DNA of 38,946 nucleotides from Escherichia coli (GTDB lineage: Bacteria > Pseudomonadota > Gammaproteobacteria > Enterobacterales > Enterobacteriaceae): the NCBI RefSeq assembly GCF_003334255.1, contig NZ_QOWU01000055.1; one strand, written 5' to 3'. Below the pieces are notes generated by a model, which saw nothing but the letters and a program-made list of their open reading frames with translations, was not told the origin of the DNA and made no database searches. Both the position numbers and the translations under genes were made by a program. How positions within the stretch are numbered: position 1 is the stretch's first letter; each line of letters opens with the position of its first letter. This document shows positions 1 to 8,976 of this stretch, piece after piece.

Positions 1-62
1 AATCGGTGGAGCTGCATGACAAAGTCATCGGGCATTATCTGAACATAAAACACTATCAATAA
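1..62 (+). CDS. insB: IS1 transposase InsB, C-terminal fragment (5' end outside window)
   Basis: Frame starting at base 3 translates SVELHDKVIGHYLNIKHYQ with TAA stop at 60-62, matching the InsB C-terminus as remembered. Confidence 0.7.
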   Translation, partial: SVELHDKVIGHYLNIKHYQ

Positions 63-77
63 GTTGGAGTCATTACC
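1..77 (+). mobile_element. IS1 right-terminal segment (partial; element continues upstream of window start)
   Basis: Bases 1-77 match the 3' end of IS1 as I remember it: InsB C-terminal codons followed by the terminal inverted repeat ending AAGTTGGAGTCATTACC at position 77. Recognised from memory, no alignment run. Confidence 0.8.
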
Positions 78-271
78 TCTTCCTCCATCTTTTTTATTCT
101 TCGCGTTAATGCAGGTTGCGTAATATTGAGTAATTTAGCGGCATTGTTAAACGAACTGGACTCTGCCAGTATGACAAATGCCTTCATACTTGATAATTCA
201 TGCTTCATTATTACTCCGGAAAATGGAAGCGACGATTTTGGGTGGCTGGCCGTTAAAAATTTTAACTGCAT
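56..271 (-). pseudogene. ybhD: LysR-family transcriptional regulator truncated by IS1 (ybhD-like); only the N-terminal HTH remains
   Basis: Minus-strand ORF encodes a typical LysR HTH (MKHELSSMKAFVILAESSSFNNAAKLLNITQPALTRRIKKMEEE; likely start at 206-208). It crosses the IS1 end at 77, adds six IS-encoded codons (VMTPTY) and hits two consecutive stops (56-58, 53-55). The effector-binding domain is absent from the window. Confidence 0.7.
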
Positions 272-391
272 TTAGCCAACTTAAATTAATGAAAAAATGT
301 TATTAATCGTTGAGCTAAAGTCATTAGAGATGCTTTGCCCTTAATGTAACCATATCGCAATAAGTTATGTTTTTAAATTGAGGGCATTATT

Positions 392-1444
392 ATGAAAAAA
401 ATACCCTGCGTGATGATGCGAGGTGGAACCTCGAGGGGCGCGTTCCTGTTAGCGGAACATTTACCCGAAGATCAAACGCAGCGCGATAAAATATTGATGG
501 CAATTATGGGTTCCGGTAACGATCTGGAAATTGACGGTATTGGCGGCGGTAATCCACTGACCAGTAAAGTCGCCATTATTAGCCGTTCCAGCGATCCGCG
601 TGCTGATGTCGATTATCTGTTTGCGCAGGTAATCGTTCATGAGCAACGTGTCGATACCACGCCTAACTGCGGCAATATGCTGTCTGGTGTTGGGGCATTC
701 GCCATTGAAAATGGTTTGATTGCAGCGACTTCGCCAGTTACTCGCGTACGTATCCGCAACGTCAATACGGGTACGTTCATCGAAGCTGATGTGCAAACGC
801 CAAATGGTGTTGTCGAGTACGAGGGTAGCGCCAGAATTGACGGCGTACCGGGTACTGCCGCACCGGTTGCGCTCACTTTCCTGAATGCCGCTGGAACCAA
901 AACCGGAAAAGTTTTCCCGACTGATAATCAGATTGATTATTTTGACGATGTCCCGGTGACCTGTATCGATATGGCGATGCCAGTCGTCATTATTCCGGCT
1001 GAATATCTGGGAAAAACAGGTTATGAATTACCGGCGGAACTGGATGCCGACAAAGCATTATTAGCCCGCATTGAATCTATCCGTCTACAAGCGGGTAAAG
1101 CAATGGGCTTAGGTGATGTCAGTAATATGGTTATCCCTAAACCTGTGCTTATTTCTCCAGCGCAGAAAGGCGGGGCAATTAATGTGCGTTATTTTATGCC
1201 GCATTCTTGCCATCGCGCGCTGGCGATAACCGGTGCTATTGCTATTTCCAGTAGTTGTGCATTGGAAGGCACCGTCACCCGACAAATCGTCCCTTCTGTA
1301 GGATACGGCAATATCAATATTGAACACCCCAGTGGTGCGCTCGACGTTCATTTAAGTAATGAAGGTCAGGATGCCACGACGTTACGCGCATCTGTTATTC
1401 GGACGACCAGAAAAATATTTTCCGGTGAAGTTTATCTTCCCTGA
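392..1444 (+). CDS. ybhH: PrpF/methylaconitate-isomerase-family protein (putative isomerase)
   Basis: 350-aa ORF starting MKKIPCVMMRGGTSRGAFL; PrpF-like family resemblance; position divergent from the LysR gene. Confidence 0.85.
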   Translation: MKKIPCVMMRGGTSRGAFLLAEHLPEDQTQRDKILMAIMGSGNDLEIDGIGGGNPLTSKVAIISRSSDPRADVDYLFAQVIVHEQRVDTTPNCGNMLSGVGAFAIENGLIAATSPVTRVRIRNVNTGTFIEADVQTPNGVVEYEGSARIDGVPGTAAPVALTFLNAAGTKTGKVFPTDNQIDYFDDVPVTCIDMAMPVVIIPAEYLGKTGYELPAELDADKALLARIESIRLQAGKAMGLGDVSNMVIPKPVLISPAQKGGAINVRYFMPHSCHRALAITGAIAISSSCALEGTVTRQIVPSVGYGNINIEHPSGALDVHLSNEGQDATTLRASVIRTTRKIFSGEVYLP

Positions 1445-1483
1445 AAAAATTCGTTGTCAGGATAAGGACAATCAATAAAGGAC

Positions 1484-1504
1484 TTCTGTATGAGTCATAC
1501 AGAA
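1484..1504. promoter_or_regulatory. 21-bp perfect palindrome TTCTGTATGA-G-TCATACAGAA in the ybhH-ybhI spacer (operator or intercistronic RNA hairpin candidate)
   Basis: Checked base by base: positions 1484-1493 are the reverse complement of 1495-1504, centred on G1494. Lies 16 bp upstream of the ybhI ATG. Confidence 0.5.
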
Positions 1505-1519
1505 AGAACAGGATTTTAA

Positions 1520-2953
1520 ATGAATAAGAAATCGTTATGGAAGCTAATTCTGATATTAGCGATCCCATGTATTATTGGTTTTATGCCAGCTCCGGCAGGA
1601 TTAAGCGAACTGGCGTGGGTGCTTTTTGGTATTTACCTGGCGGCCATTGTGGGGCTGGTTATCAAGCCTTTCCCGGAACCTGTCGTACTGTTAATTGCCG
1701 TTGCTGCCTCAATGGTGGTGGTCGGTAACTTATCCGACGGTGCGTTTAAAACCACCGCCGTATTAAGCGGTTACTCTTCAGGTACCACCTGGCTGGTGTT
1801 CTCGGCGTTTACCTTAAGCGCCGCATTTGTGACCACCGGTTTAGGTAAACGTATTGCCTATCTGCTGATTGGTAAAATCGGTAACACCACGCTGGGTCTG
1901 GGTTACGTTACGGTATTCCTCGATCTGGTACTGGCTCCGGCAACACCGTCTAACACCGCGCGTGCGGGCGGCATTGTGTTACCGATCATCAACAGCGTGG
2001 CGGTGGCTTTGGGGTCCGAACCGGAAAAAAGTCCGCGTCGTGTCGGACATTACCTGATGATGTCCATTTACATGGTCACCAAAACCACCAGCTATATGTT
2101 CTTTACCGCAATGGCGGGGAACATTCTGGCGCTGAAAATGATCAACGACATTCTGCACCTGCAAATTAGCTGGGGTGGATGGGCGCTGGCAGCCGGATTG
2201 CCGGGCATCATTATGCTGCTGGTCACCCCGCTGGTGATTTACACCATGTATCCACCAGAAATTAAGAAGGTGGATAACAAAACCATCGCTAAAGCGGGCC
2301 TTGCCGAACTAGGACCGATGAAAATCCGCGAAAAAATGCTGCTCGGTGTCTTTGTGCTGGCGCTGCTGGGCTGGATTTTCAGTAAGTCTCTGGGGGTTGA
2401 TGAATCCACCGTGGCAATCGTTGTTATGGCAACCATGCTGCTGCTGGGTATCGTTACCTGGGAAGACGTGGTTAAAAATAAAGGCGGCTGGAATACCTTA
2501 ATCTGGTACGGCGGTATTATCGGCTTAAGCTCCTTATTATCGAAAGTTAAATTCTTCGAATGGTTAGCTGAAGTCTTTAAAAATAACCTGGCATTTGATG
2601 GTCACGGTAACGTTGCTTTCTTCGTTATTATTTTCCTCAGCATTATCGTGCGTTATTTCTTCGCTTCCGGTAGTGCCTATATCGTTGCTATGTTACCGGT
2701 ATTTGCCATGCTGGCGAACGTCTCCGGCGCACCGTTAATGTTAACCGCGCTGGCACTGTTGTTCTCCAACTCCTATGGCGGCATGGTTACTCACTATGGC
2801 GGCGCGGCAGGTCCGGTCATCTTTGGCGTGGGTTATAACGATATTAAATCCTGGTGGTTGGTCGGTGCGGTACTGACGATATTAACCTTCCTGGTGCATA
2901 TCACCCTCGGCGTGTGGTGGTGGAATATGCTGATCGGCTGGAACATGCTGTAA
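1520..2953 (+). CDS. ybhI: DASS-family (divalent anion:Na+ symporter-like) membrane transporter, putative di/tricarboxylate permease
   Basis: 477-aa highly hydrophobic ORF with multiple predicted TM segments; family assignment from sequence recognition and synteny. Confidence 0.85.
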   Translation: MNKKSLWKLILILAIPCIIGFMPAPAGLSELAWVLFGIYLAAIVGLVIKPFPEPVVLLIAVAASMVVVGNLSDGAFKTTAVLSGYSSGTTWLVFSAFTLSAAFVTTGLGKRIAYLLIGKIGNTTLGLGYVTVFLDLVLAPATPSNTARAGGIVLPIINSVAVALGSEPEKSPRRVGHYLMMSIYMVTKTTSYMFFTAMAGNILALKMINDILHLQISWGGWALAAGLPGIIMLLVTPLVIYTMYPPEIKKVDNKTIAKAGLAELGPMKIREKMLLGVFVLALLGWIFSKSLGVDESTVAIVVMATMLLLGIVTWEDVVKNKGGWNTLIWYGGIIGLSSLLSKVKFFEWLAEVFKNNLAFDGHGNVAFFVIIFLSIIVRYFFASGSAYIVAMLPVFAMLANVSGAPLMLTALALLFSNSYGGMVTHYGGAAGPVIFGVGYNDIKSWWLVGAVLTILTFLVHITLGVWWWNMLIGWNML

Positions 2954-2956
2954 ATA

Positions 2957-3083
2957 TTCTCGTCATACTTCAAGTTGCATGTGCTGCGTCTGCGTTCGCT
3001 CACCCCAGTCACTTACTTATGTAAGCTCCTGGGGATTCACTCGCTTGTCGCCTTCCTGCAACTCGAATTATTTAGAGTATATC
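2957..3083. repeat. ERIC/IRU intergenic repeat element
   Basis: Contains exact matches to both classical ERIC primer sequences: CGCTCACCCCAGTCACTTACTT (2997-3018, reverse complement of ERIC2) and ATGTAAGCTCCTGGGGATTCAC (3019-3040, ERIC1R). Outer boundaries are approximate. Confidence 0.85.
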
Positions 3084-3096
3084 CATTTATTATCTT

Positions 3097-3120
3097 TCTG
3101 CGCACTTCACGGTGCGCAGA
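3097..3120 (+). promoter_or_regulatory. Stem-loop (9-bp stem TCTGCGCAC/GTGCGCAGA, 6-nt loop) immediately upstream of the ybhJ RBS
   Basis: Inverted repeat read directly; sits between the ERIC element and the GGAG Shine-Dalgarno (3126-3129) of ybhJ. No T-run follows, so not a classical terminator. Confidence 0.4.
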
Positions 3121-3135
3121 TATCTGGAGCATTTG

Positions 3136-5397
3136 ATGATCAAGTTATCTGAAAAAGGCGTGTTTCTCGCCAGTAATAACGAAATAATTGCCGAAGAACA
3201 TTTCACCGGCGAAATTAAAAAAGAAGAAGCCAAAAAAGGCACTATTGCCTGGTCTATTCTCTCTTCGCATAATACGTCCGGAAATATGGATAAACTTAAA
3301 ATTAAGTTTGATTCATTAGCCTCTCACGATATTACCTTTGTTGGTATTGTACAGACCGCTAAAGCGTCCGGTATGGAACGTTTCCCGCTGCCGTATGTGC
3401 TGACCAACTGCCATAACTCACTCTGCGCCGTCGGCGGCACTATTAACGGTGATGACCATGTTTTTGGTTTATCGGCGGCCCAGCGTTATGGCGGTATTTT
3501 TGTGCCTCCGCATATTGCGGTCATCCATCAATATATGCGTGAGATGATGGCAGGCGGCGGCAAAATGATCCTCGGGTCAGACAGCCACACCCGTTACGGT
3601 GCATTAGGGACAATGGCAGTCGGTGAGGGCGGCGGTGAGTTGGTAAAACAGCTGCTTAATGACACCTGGGATATCGACTATCCGGGCGTGGTTGCGGTGC
3701 ATCTGACCGGAAAACCTGCGCCGTATGTGGGGCCACAGGATGTGGCGCTGGCTATCATTGGCGCGGTGTTCAAAAACGGTTACGTCAAAAACAAAGTCAT
3801 GGAGTTCGTTGGACCGGGCGTTAGCGCGCTCTCTACCGATTTCCGTAACAGCGTTGACGTGATGACCACTGAAACGACCTGTTTAAGTTCTGTCTGGCAA
3901 ACCGATGAAGAAGTCCATAACTGGCTGGCGCTGCACGGTCGCGGCCAGGATTACTGCCAGCTTAACCCTCAACCGATGGCGTACTACGATGGCTGCATCA
4001 GCGTTGATTTAAGCGCCATCAAACCAATGATTGCGCTGCCGTTCCACCCGAGCAACGTGTATGAAATCGACACACTGAACCAGAACCTGACCGACATTCT
4101 GCGTGAGATTGAAATTGAGTCCGAACGCGTGGCGCACGGTAAAGCCAAACTCTCGCTGCTGGATAAAGTGGAAAATGGTCGCCTGAAAGTGCAGCAGGGG
4201 ATTATCGCGGGCTGTTCTGGCGGTAACTACGAAAACGTCATCGCGGCGGCGAATGCACTGCGCGGTCAATCCTGTGGCAATGACACCTTCTCGCTGGCAG
4301 TTTACCCGTCATCACAGCCGGTGTTTATGGATCTCGCCAAAAAAGGTGTGGTAGCAGATTTGATTGGCGCAGGCGCAATCATCAGAACCGCGTTCTGCGG
4401 CCCATGCTTTGGCGCGGGCGATACGCCAATCAACAACGGTTTGAGTATTCGCCACACCACGCGTAACTTCCCGAACCGCGAAGGCTCTAAGCCAGCTAAT
4501 GGGCAGATGTCAGCGGTGGCGTTGATGGACGCTCGTTCTATCGCTGCGACTGCGGCAAACGGTGGCTATTTAACCTCTGCCAGCGAACTTGATTGCTGGG
4601 ACAACGTGCCGGAGTACGCCTTCGATGTAACGCCGTATAAAAACCGTGTTTATCAGGGCTTTGTGAAAGGGGCAACTCAGCAACCGCTGATTTACGGGCC
4701 GAACATTAAAGACTGGCCGGAATTGGGTGCGCTGACTGACAATATCGTCCTGAAAGTGTGCTCGAAGATCCTCGACGAAGTGACCACCACCGACGAACTG
4801 ATTCCTTCCGGTGAAACCTCTTCTTATCGTTCAAATCCGATTGGTCTGGCGGAGTTTACCCTGTCTCGCCGCGATCCCGGTTATGTTAGCAGAAGTAAAG
4901 CGACTGCTGAGCTGGAAAATCAGCGTCTGGCGGGGAATGTCAGCGAGCTGACAGAGGTGTTTGCGCGCATTAAGCAGATTGCTGGTCAGGAGCATATTGA
5001 TCCGCTGCAAACTGAAATTGGCAGCATGGTCTATGCGGTGAAACCAGGCGATGGTTCTGCGCGTGAACAGGCGGCGAGCTGCCAGCGTGTGATTGGCGGT
5101 CTGGCGAATATTGCCGAGGAGTACGCGACTAAACGCTATCGTTCTAACGTCATCAACTGGGGGATGTTACCGCTGCAAATGGCGGAAGTACCAACCTTTG
5201 AAGTGGGGGATTACATTTACATCCCTGGCATTAAAGCGGCGCTGGATAATCCGGGTACGACGTTTAAAGGTTATGTGATCCATGAAGATGCGCCGGTAAC
5301 GGAAATTACGCTCTATATGGAAAGTCTGACTGCTGAAGAGCGCGAGATTATCAAGGCGGGTAGTTTGATTAACTTCAATAAAAACCGTCAGATGTAA
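3136..5397 (+). CDS. ybhJ: Aconitase-family protein (putative hydratase/dehydratase)
   Basis: ORF track frame 3112..5397; ATG at 3136 preferred (GGAG 6 nt upstream) giving 753 aa. Aconitase-family resemblance across the whole length. Confidence 0.85.
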
Positions 5398-5409
5398 AAA
5401 GCGCCATGT

Positions 5410-5617
<208 letters not shown>

Positions 5618-5630
5618 TAGTTAATTGCTC

Positions 5631-6914
5631 TTACTTCTTCGCCTCTGCAACCACTTTACTACCCACGCCGCGGTTATTGTATTCCCACATGCGGTTGTAG
5701 TTAGTGTCATTCAGATTGCGCTGTATTTCGTCGTTATCATCTACGCTGCCGGTATTACCCGCAAACGGACGATTAGAGATCACCGCATCGGCCCACGGTT
5801 TAGCCGTGTTAAAACCTTCGTTGATGGCGCTATCACGGATCACCACCTGACCGTTGGTATTGGCATCAACATCCAGCGAGCGGCCCAGTTGCGCCACACC
5901 ATCACCGAAAGCATTGAAACGGCTGTTTACGGCGAGGAAACCGTAGTAAATGTTGGACAGCGTAGCCGGTGCAAACACATACGCTTCTTGCTGAGTACGT
6001 GAGTTCACCACGCGGAATTCGGTGTTATCGAACACCACTGCGCCGCGACCAGAAACGATATCCACATCCCCTTCAATGTAGCTGTTGGTCACCAGCGTAC
6101 GCGGCTGACGATTCGTTTCCAGACGGTTCTGCACACCGCTGTTGGTGACAAAGAAGGTGTTCTGACGACCGAGAATGTTAACGTTGTTAATCTGTACCTG
6201 GTCACCATCAGTACGCAGTGCCACCGCCGGATGGTTACCTGCATCTACGCTATCGCCCAGCGTGTTTTCGATGGTCAGATTTTGCAGTTGCAGGCCATTG
6301 TTTTGTGACCAGAAGACCGCAGAGCAGAGAACACCGATACTGTCGCTGCGTTTGCTCTGGCAGCTATCGTACATATACCACGCTGGTTTACCTGGCATAT
6401 ATTTGCCGCGCGGGTTGACGTCGTGACGCCAGTCGGCAGGGCTCATGCCACCATCAAGGGAAAGCCCAATCTTCACATCAATCGGTTTTTCACCTGTACC
6501 GTACAGAGTAATTCCACCCGGAGCGGCAGGGACATATACCGTTCCCTGATACTCACCAGGCATCACGGCAATATACTGGCGCTTGTTGGTACGCTTGATA
6601 ATTGCCGCATCTACCGCCGCCTGAATCGTGGTATGCGTTACACCTTGAGTGCCCGCCGGGCCGACAACAAAGTCAGGTTGCGCAGGCAGGGTAATCGGGG
6701 AAGGATTCCACGCTGCAGCACCTGGTGTCAGGGATGCAAAATAGTGTTGAGCATCGAAATTCTGCGCTTCTTTTGCCGACAGAATCGGGCGAGAAGAGGT
6801 ACCAGGCGCGGTTTGATCAGAAGGACGTTGATCGGGCGGGGTTGAGCTACAGGCGGTCAGCGTCACGCCAAAAGCCAATGCCAGCGCCAGACGGGAAACT
6901 GAAAATGTGTTCAC
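5631..6914 (-). CDS. ybhC: Outer-membrane lipoprotein, pectinesterase-like fold (putative esterase/thioesterase)
   Basis: 427-aa ORF with GTG start; N-terminus MNTFSVSRLALALAFGVTLTAC has a signal peptide plus lipobox (LTAC). Confidence 0.85.
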   Translation of the reverse strand: MNTFSVSRLALALAFGVTLTACSSTPPDQRPSDQTAPGTSSRPILSAKEAQNFDAQHYFASLTPGAAAWNPSPITLPAQPDFVVGPAGTQGVTHTTIQAAVDAAIIKRTNKRQYIAVMPGEYQGTVYVPAAPGGITLYGTGEKPIDVKIGLSLDGGMSPADWRHDVNPRGKYMPGKPAWYMYDSCQSKRSDSIGVLCSAVFWSQNNGLQLQNLTIENTLGDSVDAGNHPAVALRTDGDQVQINNVNILGRQNTFFVTNSGVQNRLETNRQPRTLVTNSYIEGDVDIVSGRGAVVFDNTEFRVVNSRTQQEAYVFAPATLSNIYYGFLAVNSRFNAFGDGVAQLGRSLDVDANTNGQVVIRDSAINEGFNTAKPWADAVISNRPFAGNTGSVDDNDEIQRNLNDTNYNRMWEYNNRGVGSKVVAEAKK

Positions 6915-7034
6915 AGGTTGCTCCGGGCTATGAAATAGAAAAATGAATCCGTTGAAGCCTGCTTTTTTATACTAACTTGAGCGAAACGGGAAGGTAAAAA
7001 GACAAAAAGTTGTTTTTAATACCTTTAAGTGATA

Positions 7035-7057
7035 CCAGATGGCATTGCGCCATCTGG
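7035..7057 (-). terminator. Hairpin (CCAGATGGC/GCCATCTGG) just downstream of the ybhB stop; possible terminator
   Basis: 9-bp inverted repeat with 5-nt loop, 9 bp beyond the ybhB stop on the minus strand. The downstream U-tract is weak, so confidence is low. Confidence 0.3.
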
Positions 7058-7065
7058 CAGAGTGA

Positions 7066-7542
7066 TTAACTAAACATCGCAGTAATCGAGGCGCTTGCCA
7101 GAGAGTGGAAATGAACGTTAAACCCGACCATCGCGCCGCTGGCACCTTCATCGACATCAATACGTTCTATATCCAGCGCGTGAACGGTAAAAATGTAGCG
7201 ATGAGTTTCGCCTTTCGGCGGTGCTGCGCCATCGTACCCGGTTTTACCAAAGTCGGTACGCGTCTGCAAAACGCCGTCTGGCATTGCTACCAGACCAGAG
7301 CCAAACCCTTGCGGTAATACGCGGGTATCAGCGGGTAAGTTAACAACTACCCAGTGCCACCAGCCGGAGCCGGTTGGCGCATCCGGGTCGTAGCAGGTGA
7401 CAACAAAACTTTTCGTTCCCGCAGGAACATCATCCCACGCCAGATGCGGTGAAATATTATCGCCATCGTAACCCATGCCGTTAAAGACATGACGATGCGG
7501 CAATTTATCGCCATCGCGCAGATCGTTACTGATGAGTTTCAT
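7066..7542 (-). CDS. ybhB: PEBP/Raf-kinase-inhibitor-like family protein
   Basis: 158-aa ORF; 58 bp downstream of bioA on the same strand, RBS AGGAGG upstream. Confidence 0.85.
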   Translation of the reverse strand: MKLISNDLRDGDKLPHRHVFNGMGYDGDNISPHLAWDDVPAGTKSFVVTCYDPDAPTGSGWWHWVVVNLPADTRVLPQGFGSGLVAMPDGVLQTRTDFGKTGYDGAAPPKGETHRYIFTVHALDIERIDVDEGASGAMVGFNVHFHSLASASITAMFS

Positions 7543-7600
7543 GAACCCTCCTTTCTTGTTTGCAGAAAGTGTAGCCAGAAACCCTCACGCGGACTTCTCG

Positions 7601-8890
7601 TTATTGGCAAAAAAATGTTTCATCCTGTACCGCGCGGTTAACCGCTGCGGTCAGACGCTGCAACTGTTGCGGGAGAATAATATAGGGCGGCATCAGGTAA
7701 ATCAGTTTGCCAAAAGGCCGGATCCAGACACCCTGTTCGACAAAGAATTTTTGCAGCGCCGCCATATTCACCGGATGAGTGGTTTCGACCACGCCAATGG
7801 CCCCCAGTACGCGCACATCGGCAACCATTTCGGCATCACGGGCGGGGGCAAGTTGCTCGCGCAGCTGTACTTCAATATCCGCCACCTGTTGCTGCCAGTC
7901 GCCAGATTCGAGAATCGCCAGGCTGGCGTTTGCTGCCGCGCAGGCCAGCGGATTGCCCATAAAAGTTGGCCCATGCATAAAGCAACCGGCTTCACCGTTA
8001 CTGATGGTTTCTGCAACCTCGCGCGTGGTGAGTGTGGCGGAAAGGGTCATTGTGCCGCCGGTTAAGGCTTTACCGAGGCACAAAATGTCCGGCGCGATTT
8101 CTGCATGTTCACAGGCAAACAGTTTCCCGGTACGACCAAATCCAGTGGCGATCTCGTCGGCAATCAGCAAGATACCTTCGCGATCGCATATTTTGCGGAT
8201 TCGTTTTAACCATTCCGGATGGTACATGCGCATCCCGCCTGCGCCCTGGACAATCGGCTCAATGATCACCGCCGCGATTTCATGACGATGCGCCGCCATC
8301 AGGCGGGCAAAGCCCACCATATCGCGCTCATCCCATTCGCCATCCATGCGGCTTTGCGGGGCGGGAGCAAACAGGTTTTCTGGCAGGTAGCCTTTCCACA
8401 GACTGTGCATTGAGTTATCCGGATCGCACACCGACATCGCGCCAAAGGTATCGCCATGATAACCATTGCGGAAGGTCAGAAAACGCTGGCGCGCTTCGCC
8501 TTTGGCTTGCCAGTACTGCAACGCCATTTTCATCGCCACTTCCACCGCTACGGAACCGGAGTCCGCGAGAAAAACGCACTCCAGCGGTTGCGGCGTCATC
8601 GCCACCAGTTTGCGGCACAGCTCAATGGCTGGCGCATGGGTGATACCGCCAAACATCACATGCGACATGGCATCAATTTGCGACTTCATCGCCGCATTAA
8701 GCTGCGGGTGATTGTAGCCGTGGATCGCCGCCCACCAGGACGACATACCGTCAACCAGGCGTCTGCCGTCAGACAAAATCAGCTCGCAACCTTCGGCGCT
8801 CACCACCGGATAAACCGGCAGAGGGGAGGTCATGGATGTGTATGGGTGCCAGATATGGCGTTGGTCAAAGGCAAGATCGTCCGTTGTCAT
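7601..8890 (-). CDS. bioA: Adenosylmethionine-8-amino-7-oxononanoate aminotransferase (DAPA aminotransferase)
   Basis: ORF track frame 7601..9001; start at ATG giving [17 protein letters not shown] (429 aa); class-III aminotransferase; divergent from bioB across the bio operator. Confidence 0.93.
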   Translation of the reverse strand: MTTDDLAFDQRHIWHPYTSMTSPLPVYPVVSAEGCELILSDGRRLVDGMSSWWAAIHGYNHPQLNAAMKSQIDAMSHVMFGGITHAPAIELCRKLVAMTPQPLECVFLADSGSVAVEVAMKMALQYWQAKGEARQRFLTFRNGYHGDTFGAMSVCDPDNSMHSLWKGYLPENLFAPAPQSRMDGEWDERDMVGFARLMAAHRHEIAAVIIEPIVQGAGGMRMYHPEWLKRIRKICDREGILLIADEIATGFGRTGKLFACEHAEIAPDILCLGKALTGGTMTLSATLTTREVAETISNGEAGCFMHGPTFMGNPLACAAANASLAILESGDWQQQVADIEVQLREQLAPARDAEMVADVRVLGAIGVVETTHPVNMAALQKFFVEQGVWIRPFGKLIYLMPPYIILPQQLQRLTAAVNRAVQDETFFCQ

Positions 8891-8894
8891 AATC

Positions 8895-8934
8895 GACTTG
8901 TAAACCAAATTGAAAAGATTTAGGTTTACAAGTC
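8895..8934. promoter_or_regulatory. bioO: bio operator (BirA-biotinyl-AMP binding site) within the divergent bioA/bioBFCD promoters
   Basis: Imperfect palindrome TTGTAAACCAAATTGAAAAGATTTAGGTTTACAAG at 8898-8932, matching the known bio operator, between divergent bioA and bioB starts. Confidence 0.85.
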
Positions 8935-8976
8935 TACACCGAATTAACAACAAAAAACACGTTTTGGAGAAGCCCC

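Noticed and set aside
1486-1502. Possible LexA (SOS) box CTGTATGAGTCATACAG
   Set aside because: The spacing is CTG-N11-CAG rather than the required CTG-N10-CAG, so it is kept as an unassigned palindrome, not called as a LexA site.
3112-3135. Upstream GTG start for ybhJ (761-aa version)
   Set aside because: The GTG lies inside a stable hairpin and lacks an RBS; the ATG at 3136 has GGAG 6 nt upstream and gives the expected 753 aa.
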